This document shows positions 39,696-52,168 of a stretch of 64,000 bases of DNA, piece after piece (position 1 is the stretch's first letter; every line of letters begins with the position of its first letter). Origin of the DNA: Chiloscyllium plagiosum (lineage: Eukaryota); NCBI RefSeq assembly GCF_004010195.1, contig NC_057756.1, forward strand, positions 2,854,776 to 2,918,775, given 5' to 3'. The notes beneath the pieces were generated by a model that had not been told where the DNA came from, did no database searches, and saw only the letters and a program-made list of their open reading frames with translations. The translations under genes were made by a program, and so were the position numbers.

Positions 39696-41669
39696 AACCT
39701 GAACCTGAACTGCAAATCTTTCGATAACTCACTGATATCGTTTTAAGTTCCGTTGAATTTGAAGAAAACGCCTGCGCTGTAATGTTATATTCAATGTAGT
39801 TGATATAACGTCAATTTCCAGAATTGTTTTGGAAAGAGAGATGCATATTCCTGTTTTCCACGCTACAGTAAGTAAACAGAGAAGAAAAAATGTAACTTCA
39901 CCATTAGGAAAGAAAAGACAAATTAAGAAAAAATATGACAGCAAGAAACTTAAAACATTGATTTTCATAGCGGAAATTTGGTATTCAAATTGATCCCTAC
40001 ATTGTTTACAAAATATTTGGAATGGATCTGAACATATTGGTTAGACTAGCCCAAATGCGTTTTTTTTTCTGGAGGAACAACAATGTAGTTGCTCTCATAA
40101 ATGATTTAATATGACCCACAATCGCGCAGAGTAACTGGAGAGGCTTCCTTTTAAAATAAACGGAGTAGAAATATTTTTTAAAAAAAATGAGTGCAGTTTA
40201 ATTTATTAGAGCAAATAACTGCGTTGTAACAAATGATCAGAAGATGCCTCAATTGACATGATTGCATGTATATGACTGACGTCTGTGTATTTTACCAAAA
40301 TTGGATTTGCTGCTTTATGCAGTTTGCACCAGTCACAAGTGCTTCTCAGCATTATAGTATTTTCATATTTGCCTGCTGATATTTTGGAATGAAACGCCCA
40401 TTGTAATACTTAGGTCATCATTCAAATTGTTAAGACTCTGATGTCTTATGAAATACATTTAGAAAATAGCATATTGAGAATCTCCGAAATTGTACAACTG
40501 TTGAGGAACATTTGATCGCAAATAAATATCAGATTATTGTGTGAGGAGACAAATAATTTTCATGGGGAATTCGGAGACCATTTTGTGGAAAGAACCAATT
40601 AATTCATTTTGAGATTCCAACTTTGCATCGTCCAAATCTATGCTGGTAAATATGCATAATACATAACTTTTTGAAACAGAAGAACTGAGTAAATCCATAT
40701 ACTGGAAGTAATGAAAGTAATTGGTGAAAAATATCAGCACACATAGCATCCTGCATTGTTCGAAAATATAATCTGCTTCGAATCATGTTGAAGTCAGGAC
40801 CAGAAACGGTACTTTCGCCACATAAATTGTGCAGACCTGCTGAATTTCTCGAGGAATTTCTGGTTTTGTTTTAGGTACTTGATCTGCAATTCTCTATTTT
40901 CTCAAAGCTCAAAGGTTCGCTTTCCTACATATCATGCACAGTCAGCGGGTGGGGAAAAATAAATTAAAAGATGCAGAAATGTCAAAAAAGATCGTCGGGA
41001 TTCATTTTTGCATGCAGTTTCGATCTTCTCCTATAGAAGTCAAGCATGACAGTTTCTCAGAGTATCATTACCGAATGTCAGCGGAATTTATCTCTGACCT
41101 TGGAGTCTTCCTAGGATTCCTCGATGTCAGCAAAGCCATTACAGACCAATTGATTAATTCCACATCATGTCTTGGACCAGTTAATCCGACTACACACAGA
41201 ATATCTTAGACTCTCGATCACAGAACTATACCAAAATGTTCATAACCATGAAGCATTTAGCGAAAACAGCCCTCGCCATCTTTCAATGAAAGTAGATACT
41301 GGGGTTAATGACGATATCAAATGGGAAAAAAACAAACAAAATGCTGGAAAGAGTCAAAAATTGAGTAGCGCCACAGAGAAACAATGATGTATTTTCAATG
41401 TCTCAAGACCAAGGACTTTTAGTTTACATTTACTAAGATGATTAATGAACATAATGACATCTAATTCTTTTTTTCTACTTTTCCAACAAATATTGCTGCG
41501 CATCCTCTCGTGAGTGGTACATGGCACATGTTCAAAGCAGACTTGGAAGAAAATGAGTTGAAACATTCTGTAGATTTGCAATGCTATTTATGGGGAAAAT
41601 GAAGATTTCAAGGACGAACGTCACTTTCAGTTAACATGTATTTGACGATACTTAAATCTTTGTCACTGA

Positions 41670-42450
41670 GTCAAAGACTGACAGAGCACAAAATAGAACT
41701 ACCAGTCCAACCAGGTATAATCACAAACGAAATAGTGCCACTTTCCTGACATTAGTACTTGTCCCTCCAAATATATTTATTCATGTCCTTACCTGAAAAT
41801 TTGTTAGACTTAGTAACCGCATCTGCATTCATCACCTCAACCAGAAGTTAACTCAGCCTACACAGACCGCTCACTGCAGCAAAAAAAGTTTGCCTTTTAA
41901 AATAATTTCCTCTTACTTGAAAAAATATGACCCTGGTCCTGAAGTCCGGACCCCAAGAAAAATACACTTGTCATTTGTCTTATCTCAATTCTTCTTGATT
42001 TTATAAGTCTATATCATGTTTTCCCTCAACCTCCAAGTTTCTAGCGAAAATGTCCAACACTAAGCAGAATTTGGAGATGCCAGTGTTGGATTGGAGTGGA
42101 CAAAACTAAAAATCAAACAAGATTAGAGTGGTGCTGGAAATGCACAGCAGGTCAGGTAGTTTCCGAGGACAAGATAAATGGATGTTTTGGGCAGGTCTTT
42201 TCATCAGGAATCTGTTCATTCCTGATGAAGTGCTTCTGCCCGAAACGCCGATTTTCCTGATACTCAGATGATGCTGTACTTTTCCAGCACCACTCTAATA
42301 CTGGTCCTAATCTACAGCATCTGCAGTCCTCACTTTCACCTAAATATCAAACATTACCAGGATATATTCTAAGAGTTTTATTTGGAATTATTAGCTTTCA
42401 AAATCCTGCTTCTTCATCAGATGGTTATAGCCCAGTCTATCCAGTGCTTT
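41670..42450. mobile_element. CR1 3' remnant with nested Penelope-like elements, including a palindromic copy at about 42121-42341
   Basis: ttagagtggtgctggaaa ... tttccagcaccactctaa inverted pair; two opposed cCTGATGAA..GAAAC-type cores; outer element split near aaaatcaaaca/aatatcaaaca. Confidence 0.65.
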
Positions 42451-44689
42451 GATGTTGAAAGCATATGTGCAGCTTTAAAAATAGATCGTGTTTTCGGAGT
42501 ATTGAAATAAACGTAAAGTGCAGGCTCAGTTACCCGAATGGAAAGTAGGGTCAATGGAACCTATGAATGTCTGCATTAGATAATGCATCAAACATTTGAC
42601 AATGCGGACACACTCAAAATATGTTTACAAGTCTTATGCAAAGTAGAATGTGACTTGGGTAACCGATGCTAACCTGGGATCACTCCATGAACAAAGTGGT
42701 AGTCTATGAATGTGTACAGTTAACAGATGACCACGAGAGTGTGATTACTACAATTTTGTAATGGAGATATAATATGGCTCCAAATGCCCAAAAGGTGATC
42801 ATGCCTCGAGATGTGTTCCTTGGAGAGACCTTGCTGGATATTACCACAGAGCAACAACATTCTCGTGCATCGTGGTAGGATTTTATTTATAAATACCTGA
42901 AAGGAAAGTTTATAGCGAAACCTAACGATGGCATGTTGTACCCGAAGTTGAATTAAGAACTAATTTAGTTTTTTTTTTGCAATTAAATGATGATTTCACC
43001 AATGCTATGGTACCCGCTTTCCACGTGCCTTAACAAAGGGAGTTCTCCCATTATTTAAACATCTTCTGCTTGTGAGGGGCTTTCAGCGAATAGTGTTCTC
43101 GCATTCGATACAGAACACATGATGTACATGCCCATCAAGTGCGACCTGAAGTTGTTGCATGCAACATATGTAGGCAACAATATCTGGAACCCTTTAACGT
43201 AACCTGGTAGTTTTCTTTCTCTATGTACTGTGCAATGCAGAAACTTAAGCTTCTCTGCAGTTCACTTGTAACAGTCTATGTCCCCGACTTTTTCCAAGAA
43301 ACTAAATGATAGCAATACTGCTGGTTTCAGTATGAACATTTTTGAAAAGCTCGCACAATGGATAGCAGACGGCATCCCTTCAGATACGAAATGATATAAA
43401 TTAAAATTCCTACCTCAAAATATCACAGAGGGACAGGGACAATGGATAACACTATAGTAGGCCACTATTATCAGCTTCGGCGAGTGTTTTATAAATATGC
43501 GCCAGTTAGTTTTTACTGTGAATATTGTGTTAGCTGTTACAGCGCAAATAGCTCATGAAAATAAATTTCCCTACTTTGAGGACCTGTACACACACCATTA
43601 ACATTCTAAGGCCGAAACAGGACGAATGTCTTCTCCACCAGTCCTAGTTGAGCCGACGTGCTGTAAGTTGAATTAAAAGCTTTGGTTTTTCGGGCGTCAC
43701 AAAATGAGTTTGGAAATGTTGGGAAACTAACACAGACAGCTATTGAGTTACCTGTTGTTCGTAACAAACCATTAGGACATGCATTTGGAAATTGTTATTT
43801 TCACGAACATGGCTTCGAAGTTTGTTAACAGCACTATCAAGGAAGCGCATCACACCCAGTTCTTAATGACAAAGCTAATCTGTCGCATTGTAATTTTTTT
43901 TTGAAGTGTATAGTTTTGCACAATGGACTACTCTAACCACATCATTGTTATCTAGATGCTGATGCCCAGTTTATTATAAATTAATTCCAATGGCGTCATC
44001 CTTATTTCTAGATTTTTGATTTCACATGCTACCCAGCAGCAAATATGCTAGCAACTTATTACATTGTTCACAGACAACTTATGAAAACCTGCTTCTTTCA
44101 TGGTGAATGGCTAGATGATGACAGAGAAAACAACGAAGAGAATGATTGCAAGTAACGGCCAGAAGGCTGACTTTCATCTTCCATGTGCCCCTTTCTACGA
44201 AGCTTATACATTGGTACGCCACATGGAAACTTGCTGATGATGAAAATTACCAGTAAGTGAAGCAATCGTCACATATTTGATCCAAAACGCGTGTTAATCA
44301 AAAATATATTTGCCATTGAAATTAATGAGAAGAGGGAAGAGCTATAGATCAACCAATTATGAAACGTGTTTGTATTCTCTCTGATTTAACTGATTTAATT
44401 AGAAATCAACTAACAGATCTAAAGAATGGCAGGTGAAGAACATATATTGCACCATTTAAGTAGATAAGGGACCTGAGTGACGTTTAAAAGAAAACGTATG
44501 GAATTTCCCTGCACAAAATAACTTATTTCACGTTTGGTAGCATTGCACCAGATGTTCTTGCAGAAAGGAACTGCAATGAATAACATTCATGACTAACAGC
44601 TGTGATCAATGATCTTAATGGCAAGAAAATTGTGGTCTCTTACTTTGCATTATTTTGGCTCATATTTAAGCAATAGTAGTTTCATGTAT

Positions 44690-47420
44690 CTGCATTATCT
44701 AGAACTGCTGCTGACAGTTACTAGATTATCCGTCCCAAATTGTCCCACTCTGACCAAAATGTCCATCAAAGCAAACTCAATTCGATGCACATAGACCACG
44801 TCTTTCTAAATCTTTCCTATCTTTTATTGTCTAAAAAATGACGTTTAAATGTTGTTAATGCACCCGTCTCAACAATTTCAGCCTGCAGCTTTAATCAACA
44901 CCTGCACTGCCCTCTGTGTAAATAAGTTATCTTGCAGGTTCCCTTTTATCGTTTCCTCTCGATCCTTAAACTTATGCTTTCACTAGTTCTTGATTGCATA
45001 ACCCTGGGAACAAGGCTGAGTTTATTCACCCTGTCCGTTCCTCCCTCGATCTTATAAACTTCGACAAAATACCCCATCAGTGTCCTTTGCTGGAAAAAAA
45101 AACCTTCTAGTTTGTCCAACCACTTCCTTTTAGTCGTATCCTTAAGTCCTGAGAACATACTTGTAAATTTATCTGTTTATTTTCCAGTTTAATAAGGTTT
45201 TAACTATAATACGGTGAGCAAAAGTAAGTCAAATACGACAAGTGTGGCCTCACAAACGTCCTGTCCAAAGGCAATGCAACTTCTCACTTCTAAACTTAAT
45301 GTTCTAACTTATTAAGGCCTGTGAATGAAAAGCCTTTCTCAATACGCTATCTACCTGTGACTCCAAATTCAAAGAGCAGTGACCATTAACTCTAACGTCC
45401 TTCTGCTCCATTGCATCCCTTACAGCTTTACCGTTTACCATGAATTTACTGCCGTGATTTGAGTTCACAAAGTACAAAAATTCGCACTTCTCTAAGTTAA
45501 ACTAAATTTGTCATTTCACAGCGCAATTTCACAGACGATCAGGATCAAGGATAAAGAACAAAAAACATTGTCAGACCAGAAATAGGCCCTGCTGCCCTCC
45601 AAGCCTGAGCCGATCTAAATCCCCTGTCTAAACCTGTCACTTAATTCCAAAGCATCTGTATCGCTCTGCTTCCCCCCCTCCGACTAATGTATTTATCCAG
45701 TCACATCTTAAATTAATCTACCGTGCCTGCCTCTATACCTCTGCTGGCAACTCGTTCCAGGAACAGACCACCGTCTGTGTAAAGTACTTTCCACGTGTAT
45801 CCCCCTTAACATTTTACCTCTTACATTCACAGCGTGACCTCTCATTATTGAATGCCTAACCCTGTGAGAATAAACCTTGTCCCTCTCCGCCATGTCTATA
45901 CCCTTTATGATTTTAGGAATCCTTCAGGTCGTCCCTCAATCTCTTTCTGTTTTTGATAATGAAAACAATCCTCTTGAAACTCAGCACCTTCCACACCAGG
46001 CAACATCCTCGTAAACCTTCTCTGCGTCTTCTCTAAACAGTCCACACCCATTTGGTAATATGGCCATCATAAGGCCAAACCAAAATCGTGTACATTTAAA
46101 ACATGACTTGCTAACTCTTATGCTCGTCCGATGATGATATGCATACCATATGTCTTCTTGGCCACTCTATTCACCTTTGCAGCCACCTTCAGGGTAAAAT
46201 GGGCCTGAACACCCACATCTCTCTGCTCACCAACGTTTCCCAAGGCTCTTCCATTTACAGTATATTACGCACTAGAATTAGATTTCCCAAAATGATTTCC
46301 TAACATTGGCCTAGATTGAACTCCGTCTGCCACTTCTCCACCCAACTCTCCAGTGTATCAATATTCTCCTATATTCTTTCATAGTCCCATATGCTTTCTG
46401 CTACTCATCTAATCTTCGTGACATCTACAAACGTACTGACCAGACCAAAAACGCCCTCTTCCAGATAGTTTATGTATATGACAACAACATTGGCCCCAGT
46501 GCAGATTGGTGTGGATCACCAAATGGTCAACTTTTACCATTTCGAGAAATTCCCTTCAACTACTACTCTCTGTCTCTTGTTGCTCGACGAGTTCTTTATC
46601 CATCAGCATCGAAAACCCGACACAACATGTGACTTCACTTTCTCCATTGTTTTACCATGGGGAACCTTATCAATCACCTTTCTAATTTCCATGAATGTGA
46701 CATCTATAGTTCTTCCATCATTTATCAACATGATCACTTCCTCAAAGAACTCTGTTAAGTTTGGTAAGGCACAATCTCCCCCACACGTTATCTTTCACAG
46801 ATAAGCATATTGTTTTCTAAATATAATAGATTTTGTTCCTCACTATCGTCTTCAGCAACGTTCCCACTATTGACGTCGATCTCACTGCTCTCTGTAGTTA
46901 CCTGGAATATGCCATCGACCCTTCTTGTATCGGGGGACAACATTAGCACCCTCCAGTCCTCCACCATATCACCTGTGGTCCTGCTGCAATTTCTGACATG
47001 TTTCCAGAATGCCCACGATACCTCCTAATATATTGTTGTTTGAAAATTTACAATCATGCCTTGTAAGTTCTCATCTATATCATTGATGTAGATAGCAAAC
47101 AATATTGGACCCAGCACCGACTTCTGAGTAAATCCACTAATCATAGGCCTCCAGTCCAACATGCATCCTTCCATTTTACACTCTGCTTACCACCATCGAA
47201 CCAGTTATGCGTCCATGTTGTCTGCTCCTCCTAGATTCCATGAGATGTAACCTTCTCCAGCAGCATGTTAACTGGAACCTTATCAAATACCTTACTGAAA
47301 TCCATGTAGACTATATCTGCTGCCCTGCCCTCGTCAACATTCCTCCCACTTCCTCCAAGAACTCTAACAATATTGTATGACATGATATTCTCTGCACACA
47401 TCCATTTGCTATTTATTGAC
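44690..47420 (-). mobile_element. Two nested decayed CR1 LINEs (inner copy about 45550-47030)
   Basis: Two separate CR1 3' ends (near 44700 and 45550); DIVYMDFSKVFDKVP near 47300. Confidence 0.8.
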
Positions 47421-47789
47421 TGTCGGTTTTCATTGAATTGCACCGTAAAACATCAACTTATAAGCGTGCAGCTGTTAAATGATTCAACCATGCATTTATA
47501 AATTTATAATTATGAGTTTTGGAGACATAAATATTATAACTTAGTATATGGTTAGTATATGCATAAATAGGAAAAGGGAGAGTTATTTGAACATAACAAT
47601 AAGCAATTCATAGGGACTGGGCAGATACATGGGAGAATGCCTTTTTTTGCACAACCAGCTCCTATATTTTTCAAAGAGACATGATTAGGAAAATTCCTTA
47701 GAAGGTGCAATTTAGCAAGTAATATAGAATCTTGTAGAATATGAATATCGACACCTTTTTAGAATTAACTGTCTTTACCGTTGGTCTAC

Positions 47790-50090
47790 ATAAAACATAG
47801 AAAAGTACACCACAGAGCAGGCCCTTCAGCTCACGATGATGTGCCGAGGTTTATTCCTAATCTAAAATAAAATAACCTAGTCCAAGCATTTGTCAATTCA
47901 CCGTTGATCATGCAGAGGTCCAGCAGTCTGTTAAATGTTCCCAATGCCACTGTTTCCACGACTATCGCTGACAACACATTTGAAGCATTCACAACTCTTT
48001 GCGTAAAGAACCTACCCCGGTTGTCTCCTGTATACCATTCTCTAATACCATAAAACGATGACCCCTCGTGTCCATCAATGTTGCCCTGGGACAACGCCTC
48101 TGGCTATCAACTCTATCTATGCATCCCTACCCATTGTATACGTTGGTCAGGTCACCTCTCTTCCTCCTTGTCCCCAGAGGGAAAAGTCCGAGCCAAGTCA
48201 ACCTGCCTTCGTAAGACAAGCCTTCTAGTCTACGCAGCATTTTGGTAAAATTTATTCGCAGACTCTCCAAAGCATCTGTATATTTTCTACAGTAGGGCAA
48301 TCACAAAATTGACACAATATTCTAAGTGTGGTCTCACCAGGGTTTTCGGAGTTTCAGCAAACCATCGTGGCTCTTAAACCCGATCCCCCTGTTAATGAAA
48401 GCCAAAACACCATACGCTTTCTCAACATCCCTATCCACTTTAGTGGCAACGTTAAGGGATCTACGTACTTGAAGACCAAGATCCTTCTATTACTCCGCAC
48501 TGCCAAAAATCCTGTCTTTACTCCTATGTTCAGCATTCAATTTCGACCTTACAAAATGCACCATTTCGCCTTTATCTAGGTCGAACTCTATATGCCAGCA
48601 CAGTCCAGCTCTGCATCCTGTCTATGCCACACTGCGGCCTGAAATGGTCTTCCATTTTATGAACGCTACCTCCAACCTTTGTGTCGTCAGCAAATTTATT
48701 CATCCACCGCTCAACCTCCTCAAACATGCCACTTATAAAAAACACTATGAAGAGCAGAGGCCCAAGAACAGAGCCCTGCGGGACACCACTCACCACTGAC
48801 CTCCATGCAGAATATTTTCCATTTATAGCAACTCTCTGCCCTCTGTCAGCCAAACAATCCTGAGTCGACAGCCAAATCTTCCTGCATACCAAACATTCTG
48901 ACTTTATGAATGAGCCTACCGTCACAAATGCCTTGCTGAAGTCCACATACACAACGTCCACTGCACGAACTTCGTCGACAAGTTTCGTAACTTCCTCAAA
49001 ATACTCAATAACATTTGTGAGCCATGACCTACCCATCTCAAAGCCATGCTGCCGGCCTTTAATTGCGCTATGCTTTTTCAAACATCATAAATTTTATCTC
49101 TCAGAATTCTTTCCAAAATATTGCCGATCACATTTGTAAGTCTGGTAAATGCCAGAGAATTCCTTATTACATTTCTTGAAAAGAGGAACAGCATTCACCT
49201 CCCTCCAATCATCCGGTACGACTCCCGTGCAGTATGAGGAAGCATAATCTTCATCACGGCTAAGCAACTCATTTATCGTTTCTCGGAGAAACTTAGGGTT
49301 AATCTTGCATGGCTCTCGGACGTATCAATCGTAATGTGTGTCAAAATTTCCAGCACATCAACTTAATCCATCTTGACCTGTTCAAGCCTATTTCCTACCT
49401 CCTCAAAGTTCTAATTCACAACAAGTTCCCTTCCTTCAGTGAAAATCCAAGCAATAAAAAAAAGTTAGGGCCTCAACTGTTGCAAAGACTCCACACACAA
49501 GTTGTCTACTATATCCCTGACCGCCCTAACTTCTCCCTGATCATGCTCTTATTCTTCGCCTATGAGTTTCTTCCTTTGTGTTCTCGCTAATCCTTCCCAT
49601 CAAGCCTTTTTTGTGCCGCTTCCTGGCTCTCCTCTATTCATTTCTGAGCTCCTATTTAACTAGCATGCCATCCGCGAAAACTGGATGAGACCCTTGATTC
49701 CTCCAACATACCTGAGCTGCCTTCCTTCTTTTGACGATAAGTTCCTCTGTTTTGCCTTTTCTGTGGTTCAGTTGCTCCAAGTCTGTAATTTTAACTCTGT
49801 TTGATAGCGTCATAATTTCCCTTTCCCCAATTAAAAAACTTCTCACGGTAACTGCTCCTTTCCCTCTCCATGGTTATGGTAAATGTACGGCAGTTATAGT
49901 CACTGTCATTAAAGTTCAGGCCCACGGTAGATCGGACACCTGTCCTGAATCATTCCCGAGCAGCAAATAGAAACTGGCCTCTCCTGTCCTCGGTCTGTCT
50001 GCATACTAAGTAAGGAAACCGAACTGAACACACATGTCAAAAACGACTCCACCCAAACATCAGAATTAGCAGTATTCTGGAAATTCAAAT
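47790..50090 (-). mobile_element. CR1 LINE ORF2 remnant
   Basis: QHGFEMGRSWLTN..VDVVYVDFSKAF..SGVPQGSVLGPLLF..KFADDTK. Confidence 0.95.
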
Positions 50091-50594
50091 AAAGCTCCAA
50101 GTGCCTCATTTAGTAGTCATTTAGCAGAAACTATGCGAGAGTTTGTTGCTCAAATATTTCCAAACATGTTACCAGTTCTAACATCTCTAAAGTTGTCAAG
50201 ATTATAAGTAAATCCAAAGCATGTAAAATAAATAATATAAACATTCACAAATTTGAATCGCACGTATCTTGTATTTATTTTGATCAACTGTAATAAAACA
50301 AGTCAGGGGACCTCAGTCTCGCATCGCAAAGATTTAACGGTGAACTATACTAACTAACAAAAAAGGATCATCTTTTTTTATCGTGAGTCTGTGTAGTCAA
50401 TGCGCATGAATAAGGAATTACGTTATGAAGTGACAGATTTAAATAATTGACAGTTATTTCTACTCACATTGGATACTCAGGAGTTGAAACGAAAATTCAA
50501 CATAACAGTTTTATGTATTCTGGAAGGAATACCACTTGATTTCTGGAGTTACCGTACTATTGCACTCACTTAAAATGACGACAGTGTTACATGG

Positions 50595-50830
50595 AGAAAG
50601 AGAGGACTGCAGTTGCTGGAGATCAGAGCTGAAAAATGTGTTGCTGGAAAAGCTCAGCAGGTCAGGCAGCTTCCAAGGAGCAGGAGAATCGACATTTCGG
50701 GCATAAACCTTTCTTCAGGAATGAGGAAGGTGTGCCAAGCAGGCTAAGTTAAAAGGTAGAGGGGAGAGAATTGGGGGAGGGGCGTTGGGAATGTGATAGT
50801 TGGAAGGAGGTTAAGGGGGCGGAGAGTGTT
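50595..50830 (-). mobile_element. Penelope-like short element with hammerhead core and 14-bp TSD
   Basis: acagtgttacatgg at 50581-50594 and 50831-50844; minus strand reads cCTGAAGAaaggtttatgcccGAAATGTCgattc. Confidence 0.75.
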
Positions 50831-52132
50831 ACAGTGTTACATGGCACAAGAGGATCGAGGCATGATCAATCCATTCATGACCAGTGGTGTTGTAATATTC
50901 TATCAGGTACTTCATATCTAAACAAGCGATTACACCATGTGGTAACAATATTCGTAGTGAATCAGATAGTTCAGTAAACTATTGGCTTTCGCCAAAAAAT
51001 GAAATATTAGCCATTCATCTCCCGAATACAGAGGAAAGTGAAAAGTTGCTGAGGTGAGGCTTGTGGAAGAGTTTGCGTAAACAGTATAAAGGGAGAAGAC
51101 AATCATCATTCTGCTACATTTCATACGACCTTGTGAGATGTGCTCCTTTTACTTTTCCTAAACTAGTTGTGAGATTTTAGCATCATATACGTGTAGAAAC
51201 CTGCATTTTTTCTCATTGGTTGCATGAGCATAGAAGCTATATTAACAAACTAAAATGGTATGAGCAGTGTTCAGTAAATGAGACAAAAAGTATTATTTCA
51301 AAATAAAACAATCATTTTCAGAATAATTCAGAATGTAGTCAATCCAAGAAAACGAAGTGCTGAAATACATTATAAGTTAATGCATTTGGATGAAGCATGA
51401 AAAACAATGGATGTGCAAAATAGATAGAACCGGAAGCTGAGATCACAAATATGCACGCACCTATATGAGGTGAACATTATCTTGATGGTGAAACATATTT
51501 TACTTGGGTAACCTTTTCATGCCATTCCCTGATATTTCCATCCATTGATTTAGATGAAGAAACATGTAATGAAAATAAAGATCTACAATGTCATAAGCAG
51601 TGAATTTGAAAGTTCCGAGCAAAGCACCAGCGCAAAAATATTGCTTCAAATTAATTAATATGCAAAATCTAAAGTACAAAGAACTATTTATTTCTGCGAG
51701 AAAAGTTTAAGTTGAACAATGCATTGGAAAATACAGCAATTTGGACTTGGCAAGACTCGAGTAAATCGTGGTCCACTGAAGGGATTACATAAACATTACA
51801 ATACAGCATGGGTAGTTTCACCAGGCTGTCTTATTTTGCACTTAACACTTCAGGTTCTCAAATGGGCATTCGGGATTGTAAAAAAGGAAAACTCAAAGCA
51901 TAAAATGTAACATTTAACCAATAACATTTATCTAAACTATCAATTTGGTTATTATTTGGATGGTAGTCAATTCTGGCAGCAAGAATAACTGGAAAAGTGT
52001 TCAAGACAATTATTTTCATGTGAATGCCAACTGACATTGATATAAAAACTAAACGGAAATCAAATCCAGCTGGAAATCGGAAAGATTGCACATTGGCCTA
52101 ATGTGTATGCGTTTTTTTCTCTCTTGTTTCAG

Positions 52133-52168
52133 ACCTCACCGAATGTTTGCACCAGTTGAAGAAACTAG
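52133..52168 (+). CDS. Micro-exon 9 (36 nt, phase 1-1); DLTECLHQLKKL
   Basis: Long pyrimidine tract gtttttttctctcttgtttcag, TAG|gtcaga donor; similar to exon 1 (xLTxC). Confidence 0.8.
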
